64,000 nucleotides of DNA from Candidatus Sumerlaeota bacterium (lineage in GTDB: Bacteria > Sumerlaeota > Sumerlaeia > Sumerlaeales > Sumerlaeaceae). The position numbers and the translations under genes were made by a program. Of the stretch, positions 19,299-28,352 are shown in pieces; position 1 is the stretch's first letter, and every line of letters begins with the position of its first letter. Where the stretch lies: assembly GCA_017161655.1 (NCBI GenBank), contig JADFCV010000002.1, positions 218,778 through 282,777 of the forward strand, read 5' to 3'. A model generated the notes under the pieces. The model saw nothing but the letters and a program-made list of their open reading frames with translations. It searched no databases and had not been told where the DNA came from.

Positions 19299-20480
19299 AT
19301 GAGCCCAGAATTCAGAGCCCGTAAACATTTGCTATTTCTTGTTGGCACACGTCCTGAGGCCATCAAGCTAGCCCCTCTGATTAAGAGAGCAGAGGCTGAC
19401 CCTGCACACTGGATAGTCACCGTTTGCTTTTCAGGTCAACACGACGAGCTGGCACAACAAGTCTTTGAGCTGTTCCGTATCGAGCCACAATTCCGGTTAA
19501 AGGTCATGCGTGCCGCTCAACCTCTGAGCGAGCTTTCTTCGCGTCTTCTCGAAGCTTTCTCGCCAGTGCTTGCGGATGTCCACCCCGATGCAGTGATTGT
19601 TCAGGGTGATACAACCACAGCATTTGTAGGTGCTCTTACTGCGTTTTACGAGCGGATTCCTGTAGCTCATGTCGAAGCTGGCCTCCGCACAAACAACCCT
19701 TACGCCCCCTTTCCTGAAGAAATAAATCGAAGGCTTATCGCTCAAATTGCTACCTGGCATTTTGCACCCACAGTTCGAGCCATGAAAAATCTGCTCGCCG
19801 AAAACATTCCGAGCGAAAAGATTTTCGTGGTTGGCAACACGGTCATTGATGCGGTGCGTGAGATTCTAAGACGGGCCCCCGAAACAAATACTGCTGAGGT
19901 GCTTGCCCCTCCTGATCGTCCTTTCGTTCTCGTCACCCATCACCGTCGTGAAAGCTTTGGCCTTCCCGTTGAACGAGTTTTTTGGGCCATCGAGCAACTT
20001 GCCCAAAGGCATCCAGAAATCGATTTTCTATTCCCTGTTCACCCAAATCCGAATGTCCGAGAGAGGGCAGTGGAGATTCTCGGAAAAAAGCCGAATATTC
20101 TTCTCCAGCCTCCTTTGCCCTATCATCTCTTTGTTCATCTCATGGCTCATGCGCTTTTCTTAATTACAGATTCAGGGGGCATTCAGGAAGAAGCCACAGC
20201 ACTGGGCAAGCATGTCCTCGTCACGCGAGAAATTACAGAACGGCCGGAAACAGTGGAAGCGGGTTTAGCTATTCTCGTGGGAACAGATCAACAAAAACTC
20301 ATGATTGCTGCCGAGCAGCTTCTAAGCTCAAAATCTCGATTGCAGGCTCCAATATCAAGCGAGGTAACGCCGTTTGGAGATGGTCGCGCCTCAGAACGAA
20401 TACTTGAAAAACTCTACGCCCAATTAGGGGCCGTGGAGATCACGTCAAAGGCTGATCCAGCAAAATCGAGTTATCTATAG
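19299..20480 (+). CDS. wecB: UDP-N-acetylglucosamine 2-epimerase (non-hydrolysing)
   Basis: LLFLVGTRPEAIKLAPLI, HVEAGLRTNNPYAPFPEEINRRL and VTHHRRES are present. The ORF opens at 19200; 19299 is the first ATG close to the conserved N-terminus. The start is uncertain. Confidence 0.8.
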   Translation: MSPEFRARKHLLFLVGTRPEAIKLAPLIKRAEADPAHWIVTVCFSGQHDELAQQVFELFRIEPQFRLKVMRAAQPLSELSSRLLEAFSPVLADVHPDAVIVQGDTTTAFVGALTAFYERIPVAHVEAGLRTNNPYAPFPEEINRRLIAQIATWHFAPTVRAMKNLLAENIPSEKIFVVGNTVIDAVREILRRAPETNTAEVLAPPDRPFVLVTHHRRESFGLPVERVFWAIEQLAQRHPEIDFLFPVHPNPNVRERAVEILGKKPNILLQPPLPYHLFVHLMAHALFLITDSGGIQEEATALGKHVLVTREITERPETVEAGLAILVGTDQQKLMIAAEQLLSSKSRLQAPISSEVTPFGDGRASERILEKLYAQLGAVEITSKADPAKSSYL

Positions 20481-20527
20481 CTTTCAGGTCGAGCCTTAAT
20501 TCCAACTCTCCGGCCTGGAGCAATGCC

Positions 20528-21712
20528 CTAACGCTCCTGAATGCCGAGAGCGATATTCACACCCTTGATAAAATTATCTACCATGTTCTCCATTGTCAGG
20601 TGCGCAATCGACGAAAAAACCTGTAACCGTCGCTTGGGCGTTTTCCAATCGTCAAGTGCTTGCGACAAAGCTACCGCAAACTCACGGGGTGAAATGTTGG
20701 GTGGTAAGAGAGTGGCATTAGACGGATTCAAATACTCAAACTCCGGAGTGTTTTCGGCATGCTGAAAGGCGACAACAGGAAGATCAAAGCACAACGCTCG
20801 CAGTGGTGCTAGTCCTACCTGGCCTGGTAAGCAGAATAAGTCGCTAGCGGTAAGGAGCTCTTGAGCAACGTTTTCCCCCACAGCGCCCATAAATCGAATG
20901 TTTTGTGGCCCCACAGGGGCTGCGAGTTGTTCTAATTGTTGTCGAGCGGGACCATCACCAACTAACAAAAGTAATGCTTGGGGACGGAGATCTCGCAAAA
21001 CATAAAACGTTTCTACCAGTCGATCGAGAAATTTCTGCTCCATAATACGGCCCAAATAAACAATGACTTCGCGGCCCGACAAATCATATTTCTCCCGTAG
21101 TTCCGCTCGCCGTTTCTGCAAAGCTTCAAAAGCCTGCCGTTCCCTCTTAATATCAATTGTGTTGTTCAAAGTAACAATTCGATCGGCGGGAACTCCTAAC
21201 TCTTCAAAGCGCTCCTTCTCCGTTTCCGTGTAAGCGAAGATCATATCTGCATGTCGAAAGGCCCATGCTTTTTGAGTCGCTAGAATCCGTCGTGTAAAAC
21301 GAGATCTTCGTTCCATTTCCTCTATAAGATTCCCACTATGACCCCACAGGCCACGACGAACTCCCACAACCTGCCATAAATTAACAAAAAAATAAGTAAG
21401 ATTGCTTACAACGGTATCTGTAATAACGAGGTCATAGTGTCGTGCCCTTTGGAAAAAGGTTTGCCAAACGATACCCGGGTTTTTGCGCGACAGAAAAATG
21501 GTTTTCACTTGGAGTATCGGAAACGCAAAAGCATTTGGGTCCAGATAGACTGGATACAGTCGCTTCGCCCTTTCTGGATCGCAGTCGTGGACGACTTGGA
21601 ACTCCCATGTGTCAGGCCGGCGTTCTTCCAAGAGCTCAAAAAAGCGTACCCGATAACTCCGCACGGAGTTTAGCTGGGCGATAAGAACTTTTTTGGGCAG
21701 ATTTTGCGGCAC
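20528..21712 (-). CDS. Glycosyltransferase family 4 (GT-B, glycosyl transferases group 1)
   Basis: 394 aa. C-terminal GT1 motifs VYLGRIMEQK, LLLVGDGPARQQLEQLA and LFCLPGQVGLAPLRALCFDLPVVAF. Confidence 0.75.
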   Translation of the reverse strand: MPQNLPKKVLIAQLNSVRSYRVRFFELLEERRPDTWEFQVVHDCDPERAKRLYPVYLDPNAFAFPILQVKTIFLSRKNPGIVWQTFFQRARHYDLVITDTVVSNLTYFFVNLWQVVGVRRGLWGHSGNLIEEMERRSRFTRRILATQKAWAFRHADMIFAYTETEKERFEELGVPADRIVTLNNTIDIKRERQAFEALQKRRAELREKYDLSGREVIVYLGRIMEQKFLDRLVETFYVLRDLRPQALLLLVGDGPARQQLEQLAAPVGPQNIRFMGAVGENVAQELLTASDLFCLPGQVGLAPLRALCFDLPVVAFQHAENTPEFEYLNPSNATLLPPNISPREFAVALSQALDDWKTPKRRLQVFSSIAHLTMENMVDNFIKGVNIALGIQER

Positions 21713-21740
21713 AGTGCGACATCCTTCATTTATAAATGAA

Positions 21741-21770
21741 GAGGGGAAAGCATGAAAGCCCTCCCCTTAA
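21741..21770 (-). terminator. Weak candidate intrinsic terminator downstream of ilvD
   Basis: GAGGG...CCCTC stem (5 bp, 13-nt loop), then an interrupted T-rich run on the minus strand. Weak. Confidence 0.2.
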
Positions 21771-21811
21771 GAAATAGCGTCAAACTGCGGAGGTTTCATA
21801 TCTGTCAGGGG

Positions 21812-23701
21812 TTACTCCCACTTCAGAACGCCCCCAGTGTCGGCGCTTGTAGCCATTGCAGCATAGCGGCCAAGCCAACCTCGTCTTAGCTCCTCAGGAA
21901 GACGTGATTTCCAGCCGCCAGCTTTCGCGAGTTCTTCGCGCCTCTTGGCGATCTCTTCGTCGCTTAACTTCACGTTGAGTTTATGATTCGGTATGTCGAT
22001 TTCGATAATATCGCCATCTCGCACAAGACCAATCACACCTCCCGCGGCAGCTTCAGGCGAAACATGTCCGATGCATGCGCCAGCAGTGCCGCCGCTGAAG
22101 CGTCCGTCCGTCACAAGAGCGCATTTATCACCGAGCCCCATCCCCTTGATGTAGGAAGTCGGGGAGAGCATTTCTTGCATGCCCGGCCCCCCTTTTGGCC
22201 CTTCGTTGCGGATGACCACGACATCACCCGGCTTCACCTTGCCACCGAGTATGCCCTTACACGCGTCTTCTTGCGACTCGAAAACAACCGCTGGCCCCGA
22301 GTGGACGAGCATTTGCGGAACCACACCTGCTGTCTTCACCACGGCCCCGCGCTCTGCCAAATTCCCGTAGAGAATTGCCAGGCCCCCTTCCTGCGAGTAG
22401 GCTTTTGGCACTGAGCGGATAACATCGAAAGCATCAAAAGGTTCTAGGTCAGCTGGCCGCTCTGCCTTCTCACCTTCAGGCTCAGCAGCTTGCTGACCTC
22501 TCTTCCGCGCTTCGCGCAGTTTCTGAGTCTCGGCCTCAAGAAGTGCCACCACTTCGTTGCGGGTGCGTCCTGTCGGAACACTTCCACGTTCCGAAAGATT
22601 GTGCCCTTCATCGATACAGGCTGGGGATCGCGGTGAGTACTTTCTGATGTTCTCGCCAAGCGTCTCCCCGGTCACTGTGATGCAGTCTTCCTTAAGTAGT
22701 CCCGGTTTGCCTTGCAGCAGCTCCCACAAAATTGTCATGATGCCGCCCGCACGAGCCACATCCTCCACATGGTACTTTGAAGATGGGGCCACCTTGCAGA
22801 CGTTAGGAGTCTTTTGTGAGAGTTCGTTGATTCGTTCCATTGAATACGGCACCCCTGCTTCATGCGCGATGGCCAGCACGTGAAGCAGAGTATTCGTGGA
22901 GCCTCCCATGGCCATGTCGAGAATCATGGCATTGTCGAAAGCCTCCAAAGTCGCGATATCTCGCGGCTTGATGTCACGTTCGAGAAGCGTCAGAATCTGA
23001 TGGGCAGCTCGCCGATAGAGACGCAGACGTTCCCTGTTCGTCGCGAGAACAGTGCCATTTCCTGGTAGCGCCATACCCAACGCTTCGCACAGGCAGTTCA
23101 TGGAATTCGCCGTAAACATGCCGGAGCATGAGCCGCAGGTTGGACATCCCTTGTCTTCAATTTCTTTGAACTGCTTCGCGTCAATTGTCCCGACCTGTTG
23201 TGCCCCCACGCCTTCGAACACACTTACCAAATCTACGCTCTTGCCACTAGCCAGGCGGCCTGCTTCCATTGGCCCACCGCTGACAAAAATCGTGGGTATA
23301 TTCACGCGCATGGCAGCCATGAGCATCCCCGGAACGATTTTGTCACAATTGGGAATGCAAATCATGGCATCAAAGCAATGAGCCCGAAGCATCGTTTCGA
23401 CGCAATCTGCGATGAGCTCGCGCGACGGCAATGAGTATTTCATGCCCGTGTGGCCCATGGCAATGCCATCGTCCACCCCAATGGTGTTAAAGACAAATGG
23501 CACTCCACCGGCCTCCCGCACACACTCCGCAATGTACTCACCCACTTCCTTCAGGTGCACGTGGCCCGGCACGATGTCCGTGTAAGAATTGGCGATCGCA
23601 ATGAACGGTTTGTTCATATCCTCATCGCGAACGCCCGTCGCCTTTAGCAGCGAACGGTGGGGTGCTCGCTCGGGTCCCTTTTTGATTATGTCACTTCGCA
23701 T
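21812..23701 (-). CDS. ilvD: Dihydroxy-acid dehydratase
   Basis: [57 protein letters not shown]. The ORF opens at 23752; the ATG at 23701 (MRSDIIKKG...), preceded by AAAGGA, fits the usual IlvD N-terminus. A ~35-aa charged insert lies before [11 protein letters not shown]. Confidence 0.85.
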   Translation of the reverse strand: MRSDIIKKGPERAPHRSLLKATGVRDEDMNKPFIAIANSYTDIVPGHVHLKEVGEYIAECVREAGGVPFVFNTIGVDDGIAMGHTGMKYSLPSRELIADCVETMLRAHCFDAMICIPNCDKIVPGMLMAAMRVNIPTIFVSGGPMEAGRLASGKSVDLVSVFEGVGAQQVGTIDAKQFKEIEDKGCPTCGSCSGMFTANSMNCLCEALGMALPGNGTVLATNRERLRLYRRAAHQILTLLERDIKPRDIATLEAFDNAMILDMAMGGSTNTLLHVLAIAHEAGVPYSMERINELSQKTPNVCKVAPSSKYHVEDVARAGGIMTILWELLQGKPGLLKEDCITVTGETLGENIRKYSPRSPACIDEGHNLSERGSVPTGRTRNEVVALLEAETQKLREARKRGQQAAEPEGEKAERPADLEPFDAFDVIRSVPKAYSQEGGLAILYGNLAERGAVVKTAGVVPQMLVHSGPAVVFESQEDACKGILGGKVKPGDVVVIRNEGPKGGPGMQEMLSPTSYIKGMGLGDKCALVTDGRFSGGTAGACIGHVSPEAAAGGVIGLVRDGDIIEIDIPNHKLNVKLSDEEIAKRREELAKAGGWKSRLPEELRRGWLGRYAAMATSADTGGVLKWE

Positions 23702-23752
23702 AAGGGCAGGTCCTTTCTCGCAGCTATGACAAGTATGCTCCGCTGGCGGCAC

Positions 23753-24985
23753 TTATTTGCGCTTGGCAGACTTTGCGTTCTTGGCGGAAGCGGAAGATTT
23801 GTTGGTGCCACTAGAATCCTTAATGTTCCTTGCTGCCGTACCTTTTTTCTCACTTGTGCTAGTTTTTTTTGCACTCACAGACGCCTTTGATGTTGTTTTG
23901 CTGGAGGATTTGACCGAGCTAGTGCTCTTACGTGATGTGCGGGCGTCCGCAACAAGTCGACTGGTTTTCTTCTCCGAGCTCTGACGCCCGCCTCCCAGGT
24001 CTCGCCGGCTAATCACACGTCCCGTTGCATCATAGGTCACTTCTTCATACCGTCGGCCAAACAGCGAGCGTTTCTCAACAACGCGCTTCCTCACAATTGA
24101 CGCGTCAGCAATCATTTGCGCTGCTTCGGCTTGGTCATCCAGAGGAGCAAAGATACTCGTGAAATCCACACTCACGTTACGGGTGGCCCGAAAATAGTTC
24201 AAAATGCCCGTCGCGATCGCCTTGGCCTCCAGCTTGTTATACGCCAGCGACGCAAGCCGCAGATCCTCCTCCGGGTTGCTCATGAACGACGCCTCTACCA
24301 AAGCTGTCGGCATCGATGCCTTCTTGAGAATGCGATACGAGCCTGGCTTTGCCCCGGCACATTGGGTTCCCAGATAACGCGACACTGCCGAAGCTATATT
24401 GTCCGCTAGCGGAGCTGCAGAAGGCATCCCACTGGGGTAAAAAACAAGGGTGTAATTGGTCGATCGGTCACTCGCCTCGTTGTGGTGAATGCTAATGAAA
24501 AGATCGGAATGAGTCGAATTAGCAAGATTGGGGCGGTAATCGAGTTCATCTTGTTTGTTGCCGCAGTTGGTGCATCTATCGTCTGTCGTTCGGGTCATGA
24601 CCACATCCGCGCCCGCAGTTTCCAGATAGTGCTGCAAGATCAAGGCGACACGAAGGTTTACGTCGCTTTCGGTTTGACCCGTGGCTACACCGCGAGTGCC
24701 GCCAGTGTAGAGAATTTTGTCCCATTTCTCCTGCCCGCCGTGTCCGGGATCGATGCAAATGCGAATCCCTTCTAAAGGCTTGTGAGCCGTTGCATACGTG
24801 CTGATGGGAGCACGGCTTGGGGCCGCTATCTGTGGGACAGCGAACTGGGGCTGAAGCAACGCAAGTTCTTTCGCTGATGGGGTGAGTTGGGGCGCCACGC
24901 TAGGCGTGGGCATGGCCAGCGGCATAAACATCGCTGCGGCCACGGCTCCAGCGAGCATAACTTTCCACAGGCGCATGGCTAACAT
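23753..24985 (-). CDS. N-acetylmuramoyl-L-alanine amidase (Amidase_3/AmiC-type) with Lys/Ser-rich disordered C-terminal tail
   Basis: Signal peptide MLAGAVAAAMFMPLAMP. Catalytic core ICIDPGHGGQEKWDK...GADVVMTRTTD...FISIHHNEA. The last ~75 aa are K/S/T-rich low complexity. Confidence 0.75.
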   Translation of the reverse strand: MLAMRLWKVMLAGAVAAAMFMPLAMPTPSVAPQLTPSAKELALLQPQFAVPQIAAPSRAPISTYATAHKPLEGIRICIDPGHGGQEKWDKILYTGGTRGVATGQTESDVNLRVALILQHYLETAGADVVMTRTTDDRCTNCGNKQDELDYRPNLANSTHSDLFISIHHNEASDRSTNYTLVFYPSGMPSAAPLADNIASAVSRYLGTQCAGAKPGSYRILKKASMPTALVEASFMSNPEEDLRLASLAYNKLEAKAIATGILNYFRATRNVSVDFTSIFAPLDDQAEAAQMIADASIVRKRVVEKRSLFGRRYEEVTYDATGRVISRRDLGGGRQSSEKKTSRLVADARTSRKSTSSVKSSSKTTSKASVSAKKTSTSEKKGTAARNIKDSSGTNKSSASAKNAKSAKRK

Positions 24986-25069
24986 GTCCTCATAAGTCTA
25001 TATGCTGTACTCAACACTCGCTTGCCCTTCTATTTATTGAGTCCTTCCCTGTCAACCCCATAGCGACAC

Positions 25070-26134
25070 TTAACCGTCTTTTTCTATTCGTTCCCAGTGC
25101 CAGCAGCGCACGACTCGTTTTCCGTCAATAGATTCCAAATCAGGCATCTTGTGGCGACAGTCCTCCGTCGCAAATTCGCATCGAGGATGAAAACGGCACC
25201 CAGATGGAAAGCGTTGCGGATCTGGCACGCTGCCAGGTATCGTAAAGAGCGTTTTCCGCTTCCCGATCTCATCCACCGATGGGAGAGACCTCAGTAAACC
25301 GCGCGTATAAGGATGGAGTGGTCGGTCGAACATCTCTTCTACGCGTCCCAGCTCCACGATCTGGCCGGCATACATAATCGCGATCCGATCACACAGCTCG
25401 GCTACAATTCCCATGTCATGGGTGATGAGGAGCACCGCAGAGTGAAACTCTTCTGCGAGTTGCTGCAACAAATCGAGGATCTGGGCTTGAACGGTCACAT
25501 CAAGCGCTGTGGTGGGTTCGTCCGCGATCAATAAATCAGGATTGCACGCTAGAGCCATAGCAATCATGGCGCGCTGCCGCATACCGCCACTCAACTGGTG
25601 GGGATAGTCCCGTGATCGGCGGGCTGCTTCCGGGATTTGGACTCGTTCGAGAAGCCTGACAGTTTCTTGCAAAGCCTCACGTTTTGTAAGCCCACGATGG
25701 ACACGCAGAACCTCTGCCACCTGCTCACCTACGGTATGCAACGGATTGAGCGCAGTCATGGGCTCCTGAAACACCATTGCCAGGCGATTGCCTCTCAATC
25801 GCTGCATCTCACGTTCTTGCAGGGCGAGGAGATTCTGGCCTGAGAAAATAATCTCACCCTCTTCGATCGTCGCCGGAGGGGTCGGCAACAGCCGCATGAT
25901 TGACAGTGCCGTGACAGATTTGCCACAGCCAGACTCACCCACGAGGCCGAGTTTCTCGCCCCGCTTAAGTGCGAAACTTACTCCCTCCACTGCGCGAAAG
26001 GTCCCATCCAATGTCTCGAATTTCACGGTGAGATTTCGTACCTGGAGAAGATCCTCAGACGGGGCCGAGTGCAGCAAGGATTGCACTTCTCCCACCACAG
26101 CGTGCTCCTGGCTCGTTGTCTTGTTCTCTCTCAC
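25070..26134 (-). CDS. ABC transporter ATP-binding protein, oligopeptide/dipeptide (OppD/DppD) type, orphan (no permease or SBP adjacent)
   Basis: 354 aa. Walker [10 protein letters not shown], signature [15 protein letters not shown], Walker [13 protein letters not shown]. The C-terminal oligopeptide-ABC extension has Cys residues ([11 protein letters not shown]). Confidence 0.8.
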   Translation of the reverse strand: MRENKTTSQEHAVVGEVQSLLHSAPSEDLLQVRNLTVKFETLDGTFRAVEGVSFALKRGEKLGLVGESGCGKSVTALSIMRLLPTPPATIEEGEIIFSGQNLLALQEREMQRLRGNRLAMVFQEPMTALNPLHTVGEQVAEVLRVHRGLTKREALQETVRLLERVQIPEAARRSRDYPHQLSGGMRQRAMIAMALACNPDLLIADEPTTALDVTVQAQILDLLQQLAEEFHSAVLLITHDMGIVAELCDRIAIMYAGQIVELGRVEEMFDRPLHPYTRGLLRSLPSVDEIGKRKTLFTIPGSVPDPQRFPSGCRFHPRCEFATEDCRHKMPDLESIDGKRVVRCWHWERIEKDG

Positions 26135-26192
26135 CTGTCAGGCTTCCGTTTTCTTCCTTCAACATTCGCTCCGATGACTGTTCGATGACTGT

Positions 26193-26948
26193 TCATCGAG
26201 AGCCAAAAAGTGCCGTTCCGATGCGCACAATGGTTGCTCCTTCTTCGACAGCCACCACGTAATCATTTGTCATTCCCATGGAAAGCTCTTTGCCTCGATA
26301 GTTTTTTGCGCCGGCAAACTCACGACCCATGCGATCGCGAATTTCCCGAAGCTGGCGAAAATATGGCCGTGTTTCCTCTGGATTCTCCAGGAAAGGCGCC
26401 ATCGTCATGTAACCTTCCACCGTGAGGTGCGGACAGTGTTCTAAAAGATGAGCGACTAGTCCGGCAGTATTTTCAGGGCTGATGCCTGATTTTGTCTCCT
26501 CTCCGGAGACGTTCACCTGAACAAGAACCGGAACGCCATGTTCTAGTCGTGCAGCATATTTTTCCAACTCATCCGCCAGCTTCGTAGAATCTACCGAATG
26601 AATCAGATCGAAGAGCGCCACGGCCTGCTTAGCTTTATTTGTTTGGAGGTGACCAATGAGATGAAACTTGCATCCATGCTCTCTTGCGTGCGGCAACAGC
26701 GTTGGGACCAAAGGGAACTTCTTTGCAGCTTCTTGAACGCGATTCTCTCCGAACTCTCGTAATCCTGCATTCCACGCAGCAACGATAGCTTCAATCGGAT
26801 GCGTTTTGGTCACGGCAACGATGCGTACTTCGCCCAACTCCCGACCGCTTCGCTCGCACGCTGCGGCGATGCGCTCTGAGATTTCCCTGAGTCGCTCCCC
26901 AATGGCTTCAGGCGTGTAAATGTTCACTGGGTCCATGCTCCTTGTCAT
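26193..26948 (-). CDS. yggS: YggS-family PLP-binding protein (PLP homeostasis; alanine-racemase-N fold)
   Basis: [31 protein letters not shown] and [12 protein letters not shown]. The ORF opens at 27074, but the ATG at 26948 gives the usual ~250-aa length. Confidence 0.8.
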   Translation of the reverse strand: MTRSMDPVNIYTPEAIGERLREISERIAAACERSGRELGEVRIVAVTKTHPIEAIVAAWNAGLREFGENRVQEAAKKFPLVPTLLPHAREHGCKFHLIGHLQTNKAKQAVALFDLIHSVDSTKLADELEKYAARLEHGVPVLVQVNVSGEETKSGISPENTAGLVAHLLEHCPHLTVEGYMTMAPFLENPEETRPYFRQLREIRDRMGREFAGAKNYRGKELSMGMTNDYVVAVEEGATIVRIGTALFGSR

Positions 26949-27062
26949 CTGCTTTTTCTCTTTGCCCCTGGCCCAAGAAAATCTTCCATAGCATTTAATA
27001 GCCGCTGTTCGTTTATCCTGCAGCGCGTAACTTCGATTGCAAGCCTCGGAGGTGGTCATCTC

Positions 27063-27881
27063 ATGAATTTGCAAACTAAGAAAATTGGCTTCATAGGTGC
27101 TGGCAACATGGCACGAGCCATTGCTGGGGGAATCATCCGTAAGGGAATCGTCGCAGCTGAGAACGTCATAGCTTCTGATATCAGTGCGGAACAGAGAGCA
27201 GAGTTCGAACGTGCCACGGGCGCGAAAACCGTCCCATCCAATGTTGAAGTCACAACAGCTAGCGAAGTCATCGTCTTAGCCGTAAAGCCATTTCACGTGG
27301 CAGCTGTTTGTGAGGAAATTCGTTCGTTTCTCCAAACGCACCAGTTGATCCTCTCCATTTGCGCAGGCATTACGACAGGGTTTCTCCAACAACACCTCAC
27401 TCCGCAGGCGCGTGTGATCAGGGCCATGCCCAACACACCTGCTCTTATTAGCTGTGGCGCCACAGCGGTCTCAGGTGGATTGCACGCCACGCGCGCAGAC
27501 ATTCAAACGGCCCTCGAGCTGTTCAAAGCAGTTGGTGTGGCGATTGAGCTACCGGAGGACAAACTCGATCTGGTCACTGGTCTCAGCGGAAGCGGCCCCG
27601 CCTACGTCTTTTATTTTGCCGAGGCGTTAATAAGCGCAGCTGAGAAGCTTGGCCTTGGTCGTGCCGAAGCCGAGCTGCTGGTGAAACACACACTATTTGG
27701 CGCAGCGCGTTTGGCGCTCGAGAGCGAAAGATCCCTACCCGAGCTCCGTGCCGCAGTCACGACAAAAGGTGGCACCACAGAAGCCGGTCTTCGCGCCCTT
27801 GACGAATTTGGCTTCGCTCGAGCAATTGAGGAATGTGTCGCTGCAGCCACTCGGCGAAGTCGTGAACTCGCCCAACAATAA
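27063..27881 (+). CDS. proC: Pyrroline-5-carboxylate reductase
   Basis: 272 aa with KIGFIGAGNMARAIAGGII (NADP-binding GxGxxA) and the ProC C-terminal dimerisation region. Confidence 0.85.
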   Translation: MNLQTKKIGFIGAGNMARAIAGGIIRKGIVAAENVIASDISAEQRAEFERATGAKTVPSNVEVTTASEVIVLAVKPFHVAAVCEEIRSFLQTHQLILSICAGITTGFLQQHLTPQARVIRAMPNTPALISCGATAVSGGLHATRADIQTALELFKAVGVAIELPEDKLDLVTGLSGSGPAYVFYFAEALISAAEKLGLGRAEAELLVKHTLFGAARLALESERSLPELRAAVTTKGGTTEAGLRALDEFGFARAIEECVAAATRRSRELAQQ

Positions 27882-27937
27882 ATCGGCGCTGCTGCGCGTA
27901 AATGAGCGCACGGGGTGCATTGTATCCATTCATGCGC

Positions 27938-28027
27938 GGTGGGATGGCCGAGTGGTTTAAGGCAGCGGTCTTGAAAACCGCCAGGGGCGCAAGCTCCTCG
28001 TAGGTTCGAATCCTACTCCCACCGCCA
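27938..28027 (+). tRNA. tRNA-Ser (anticodon UGA), 90 nt with long variable arm
   Basis: GGTGGGATGGCCGAGTGGTTTAAGGCAGCGGTCTTGAAAACCGCCAGGGGCGCAAGCTCCTCGTAGGTTCGAATCCTACTCCCACCGCCA. Acceptor stem 7 bp, anticodon loop CT-TGA-AA, T-arm GGTTCGAATCC, 3' CCA. Confidence 0.9.
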
Positions 28028-28049
28028 CTGTTTTCTGGGGGAATATCTC

Positions 28050-28292
28050 ATGACTCTTGACGAACTTCTCCAGTGGCGCACCGTCAACGGTCACAGAGTT
28101 CTGCGATTTCTCAAGCAGCACCGCGAGGTTGCCGGTGTTCATTACATGACCACGGAAGACGATCAAGCCTATATCGAATTTGTCATAAAGCCTTGGGGAG
28201 ATTTGCTAACTCTCGAAGGAGAAGTGAGCGCAGCGTTTCCAGATGTTCCTTGGCAGATTATCGAGCCTGACGTCCAAATTGAAGAAGATTGA
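28050..28292 (+). CDS. Small acidic hypothetical protein (80 aa)
   Basis: ORF directly after tRNA-Ser with no recognisable motif. Coding status is uncertain. Confidence 0.3.
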   Translation: MTLDELLQWRTVNGHRVLRFLKQHREVAGVHYMTTEDDQAYIEFVIKPWGDLLTLEGEVSAAFPDVPWQIIEPDVQIEED

Positions 28293-28352
28293 AAACGAAA
28301 GAGGCGACGGAGACTCTCCGCCGCCTCACTGATGCTCGCCTCCAGGTCGGCC

